Below are positions 40,509-43,061 of a stretch of 43,061 nucleotides of DNA, piece by piece (the stretch's first letter is position 1; each line of letters opens with the position of its first letter). The notes under the pieces are model-generated. The model was not told where the DNA came from and ran no database searches. It was given only the letters and a program-made list of their open reading frames with translations. The DNA comes from Thermoplasmata archaeon (GTDB taxonomy: Archaea; Thermoplasmatota; Thermoplasmata; Lutacidiplasmatales; UBA184): assembly GCA_030039715.1 (NCBI GenBank), contig JASHVA010000079.1, positions 1 to 43,061 of the forward strand. The letters are read 5' to 3'. Position numbers and translations under genes: made by a program.

Positions 40509-41018
40509 CTACACCCGCCGCCCGAGCGCGGGGCTCGGCCCGGGACGGGCGGTGAGTCGCACGCAGTTGCAAAACGGTTCCGGGCGGGCGCACGCCGGGC
40601 ACGTCGCGCGATCGAGGACGATCCCGAGGGGTCGACCGCAACTGCGGCAGGCCCGGGCCCGCGCGCAACGCGGGCACTGGGCGAGGTCCGGCGCAATGAT
40701 CGTGCCACAGAAACGGCAGGCGACGGCCTCGTTCGGATGGTAGGCGATCGGCGGCGCCGCTCCGAGCGGCCCTCGCCGGGGATCCGGGCGCACGCTGCCG
40801 AGGTCGGGGTTGCCGAACGCCCCCCCCACGGTCGTGACGCGCGGGTCGTCGGAGATCGATCCGATCAGCACGACGCCGAGGGCCGGGGCGATCAGGTAGA
40901 GTCCCGCCTCCTGCTCGAGGTCGAACTGCTCCTGACCGGTGACCGCGATCGGGAAGGCGATGAGCGCGAACGCGAAGAGGAGGATCCCTACGCCCACGCC
41001 GATGATCGCCCGGTTCAT
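40509..41018 (-). CDS. Membrane-anchored protein with a C-terminal double zinc ribbon; hypothetical
   Basis: Two N-terminal TM segments, then CRFCG-x9-CPRC and CRSCG-x11-CPAC. Confidence 0.6.
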   Translation of the reverse strand: MNRAIIGVGVGILLFAFALIAFPIAVTGQEQFDLEQEAGLYLIAPALGVVLIGSISDDPRVTTVGGAFGNPDLGSVRPDPRRGPLGAAPPIAYHPNEAVACRFCGTIIAPDLAQCPRCARARACRSCGRPLGIVLDRATCPACARPEPFCNCVRLTARPGPSPALGRRV

Positions 41019-41120
41019 GGACGCCCGCGGCGCCCAGAGGGCCGTCCGCGGAGCGAAGTTAGCGGAGGGGGTGAGATAAATCCGCGTTCGTAGCGCGAGA
41101 GCGCGTCGACCTCCGGAGCG

Positions 41121-41127
41121 TTTTTAG
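41121..41127 (+). promoter_or_regulatory. TATA box candidate for the cyclophilin gene
   Basis: TTTTTAG centred 27 nt upstream of ATG 41151. Confidence 0.45.
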
Positions 41128-41150
41128 TCTCGCGGGAAGGTCCGGCGGGC

Positions 41151-41621
41151 ATGGCGAATCCGACCGCGACCCTGCGCACGACGCTCGGCGATATCCGCAT
41201 CGAACTGTTCTCGGACCGTGCCCCCAAGACCGTCGAGAACTTCGTCTCGCTGGTCAAGAAGCACTTCTACGACGGGACGACGTTCCATCGGGTGATCCCC
41301 GGGTTCATGGTCCAGGGCGGGGACCCGAAGGGCGACGGCACGGGCGGTCCGGGCTACACGATCAAGGACGAGTTCCACCCGACGCTCCGCCACGACGGAC
41401 CCGGTGTGCTCTCGATGGCGAACGCCGGACCGAACACGGGCGGGAGCCAGTTCTTCATCACGGTCGCCAAGACCTCGTGGCTCGACGGGAAGCACGCGGT
41501 GTTCGGCCGGGTCCGGGGCGGCCAGGACGTCGTCGAGAAGATCGTCGCCGTGCCTCGGGACGGGAACGACCGCCCGAAGACCCCCGTCCGGATCGTCGAG
41601 GCGACGGTCCAGGGCGCGTGA
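41151..41621 (+). CDS. Cyclophilin-type peptidyl-prolyl cis-trans isomerase
   Basis: [43 protein letters not shown], and HAVFGRV. Confidence 0.93.
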   Translation: MANPTATLRTTLGDIRIELFSDRAPKTVENFVSLVKKHFYDGTTFHRVIPGFMVQGGDPKGDGTGGPGYTIKDEFHPTLRHDGPGVLSMANAGPNTGGSQFFITVAKTSWLDGKHAVFGRVRGGQDVVEKIVAVPRDGNDRPKTPVRIVEATVQGA

Positions 41622-41628
41622 TTCCCGC

Positions 41629-42141
41629 CTACGGCGGGAAGTCGAACGGCCAGCGCTCCCGCGGGTGGTTCACGTCCTCGATCAGCGTGATCGCGCCGGC
41701 GCCGAGCGCGAGCGCGGGCACGATGAGGAGCAGCAGGATGAGCAGGGAGTACCCGATCGAGATCGTCACGTCCGAGCCCGGGATCGTGAGGTGGTACGTC
41801 GCGTCGAGCAGGATGAGGTAGAGGTACACGATCGTCAGCGCGGAGGTCGCGATCGACAAGGCGCCGAACGCCGCGCTCGGCCGGGCGATGTACCGGGCGA
41901 CCGCCAGGACCGTGATCGCGATGCCGAACACCTCGACGGTGAAGATGGGGATCGGCAGGTCGATGCCGTGGGCCTGTAGGAACGTGAGGATGGCGACCGG
42001 CACCCCGATCAGGATGAGCACGAGCGGGATCAAGCGCAGCGCCCCTCCCAGAATCCGCCAGCCGAGCGACGGGATCTGGTAGGTTCCGGGGGGCGGGCCT
42101 CCGGCGGCGGGCGGGGCGGCGCTCGCGGGGGACGCGCTCAC
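41629..42141 (-). CDS. Four-TM membrane protein with a Pro/Ala-rich N-terminus; hypothetical
   Basis: GTG 42141 overlaps the upstream stop (GTGA). It is the in-frame tail of track ORF 41629..42912, and the upstream remainder of that ORF is Arg/Gly junk. Confidence 0.6.
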   Translation of the reverse strand: MSASPASAAPPAAGGPPPGTYQIPSLGWRILGGALRLIPLVLILIGVPVAILTFLQAHGIDLPIPIFTVEVFGIAITVLAVARYIARPSAAFGALSIATSALTIVYLYLILLDATYHLTIPGSDVTISIGYSLLILLLLIVPALALGAGAITLIEDVNHPRERWPFDFPP

Positions 42142-42956
42142 GGGATCGGCTCCGGCGGGAGCGGAACGGTCTCCCCGTTCTCGACGTACTCGGAGGTGAC
42201 CTGCCCTCCCGCGGGGTTGCAACCGGTCGCGAGCGCGACGTCCTGCGTCTGGTCGTACGCCTCTCCCGACGGCACGTCCAGCGCGAACCCGCCGCTCCCG
42301 CACTCGGCGTCGCCGGCCGAGAGGACCTGGTAGTTCAGGTCCCCCACGTCGGCGTAGCTCGCGTCGTCCGCGAAGGTGACGGTGACGGGAATCTCCGCGA
42401 CCCCCATCTCCTCGAAGGGGGTGCCGACCGACACCGTCAGGTTGTCGAACGGGGCGCCCCAGGCGCGCTCGGTGTCGACCCCGATCGAGACGGAGAAGAG
42501 GTAGGCGTAGCTCGCGTTCCCCCAGACGTTCCAGTCGAGGTACTGGTTCTCGGTGAGGAGGTCCTCGCTGCTCGCGGAGAGCGGCACGTAGAGCGCGACC
42601 GGGAAGAGGGCGCTCCCCCCGGCCGGTATCGACTCGGGGGCCGTCGAGGAGTCGACGAGCGAGGCGCCCGTCGCGTTCAGCACCAGGAAGTGGAGCGCGA
42701 AATCCTGGATCGCGAAGTACGTCGGGTTCGTCAGGCTGAACGACGTCGTGATGCCCACGGTGTCGTTCGGCTCGAGGACCGACGACGAGCTCCCAACGCC
42801 GGGCTTCGCCTTCACGACCTGGACGGCCGAGTACGCCACGAACGCGACGAAGACGACGATCAGCACGAGCGCGATCGTCGACGCCCGCCGGAACGCGCGG
42901 GCCGCCCGCCACAGGCCGGGCGGGGTCGGAGGTTTGTGATAGAACGGGCTCGCCAC
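42138..42956 (-). CDS. N-terminally anchored extracellular hypothetical protein (beta-rich ectodomain, 4 sequons)
   Basis: 272 aa. TM IALVLIVVFVAFVAYSAV. Ectodomain carries NDT, NAT, NAS and NLT sequons. Confidence 0.6.
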   Translation of the reverse strand: MASPFYHKPPTPPGLWRAARAFRRASTIALVLIVVFVAFVAYSAVQVVKAKPGVGSSSSVLEPNDTVGITTSFSLTNPTYFAIQDFALHFLVLNATGASLVDSSTAPESIPAGGSALFPVALYVPLSASSEDLLTENQYLDWNVWGNASYAYLFSVSIGVDTERAWGAPFDNLTVSVGTPFEEMGVAEIPVTVTFADDASYADVGDLNYQVLSAGDAECGSGGFALDVPSGEAYDQTQDVALATGCNPAGGQVTSEYVENGETVPLPPEPIP

Positions 42957-43061
42957 GGGGGCCGCCTGTCGTTAATTCAGGGCAGGGTCCTCTTTGAATA
43001 CCTGTCGGAGGCGCCGTAAGGCTCGCGAACGCCCGGACCGCGACGCCGCTCCCGATTTCGA

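Noticed and set aside
41071-41081. A/T patch GAGATAAAT between the membrane/zinc-ribbon gene and the cyclophilin gene, considered as the promoter of an unannotated small RNA or ORF.
   Set aside because: No start codon or structured element lies at the expected 25-30 nt on either side. The cyclophilin gene has its own correctly spaced TTTTTAG box. The evidence is too weak to call.
1-43061. Looked for CRISPR arrays, cas genes, transposases and inverted terminal repeats, integrases, reverse transcriptases, restriction-modification or toxin-antitoxin hallmarks, and rRNA genes.
   Set aside because: I saw no regularly spaced direct repeats. None of the translated ORFs shows DDE, tyrosine- or serine-recombinase, RT, Cas, PIN or HEPN-type motifs that I can recognise by eye. 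A systematic repeat or HMM scan was not possible, so short or degenerate elements could have been missed.

Overview
This 43-kb, very G+C-rich chromosomal segment reads as archaeal. Supporting hallmarks are an RNase P protein Rpp21/Rnp4, an archaeal-type GluRS, Tsr3, a DhnA-type class I aldolase and a bulge-helix-bulge tRNA intron. In addition, A/T-rich TATA boxes sit about 25-35 nt upstream of start codons, so most genes look leaderless or short-leadered. The lineage cannot be fixed without database searches.

Content: three tRNAs (Leu-CAA, Gln-CUG with a T-loop intron, Ala-CGC) and roughly 55-60 believable CDS, tightly packed on both strands.
- Translation and RNA processing genes.
- Methionine-sulfoxide repair (msrA, msrB).
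- Two CDF metal exporters.
- MFS, DMT and LysE transporters, plus an ABC system of NitT/TauT type with no binding-protein gene.
- M3, ACE-like M2 and HtrA peptidases.
- Small redox and detoxification enzymes.
- Many small zinc-ribbon proteins.
- Several N-terminally anchored surface proteins rich in N-glycosylation sequons.

I saw no CRISPR array, cas gene, transposase, integrase or recognisable defence or toxin cassette, and I cannot point to a clear-cut novel multi-gene system.

The most defensible non-routine observations are:
1. A tRNA-Gln interrupted at position 59/60 by a 34-nt intron with a perfect 3-4-3 BHB motif.
2. A roughly 1-kb low-GC islet at the 3' end of tRNA-Ala, bounded by a 15-nt direct repeat.
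3. The binding-protein-less ABC operon, with a duplicated permease and a free-standing AAA-associated-domain protein.
4. A signal-peptide-less ACE-like M2 peptidase.
5. A C2H2 finger / membrane protein / DUF429-like nuclease cluster.
6. Several small ORFs below the ORF-track cutoff, two of them coupled by an ATGA overlap.
7. A recurring CTAAGAGCC promoter element.

All family calls rest on motif recognition by eye. No searches or folding programs were run. Start codons are less certain than stops.
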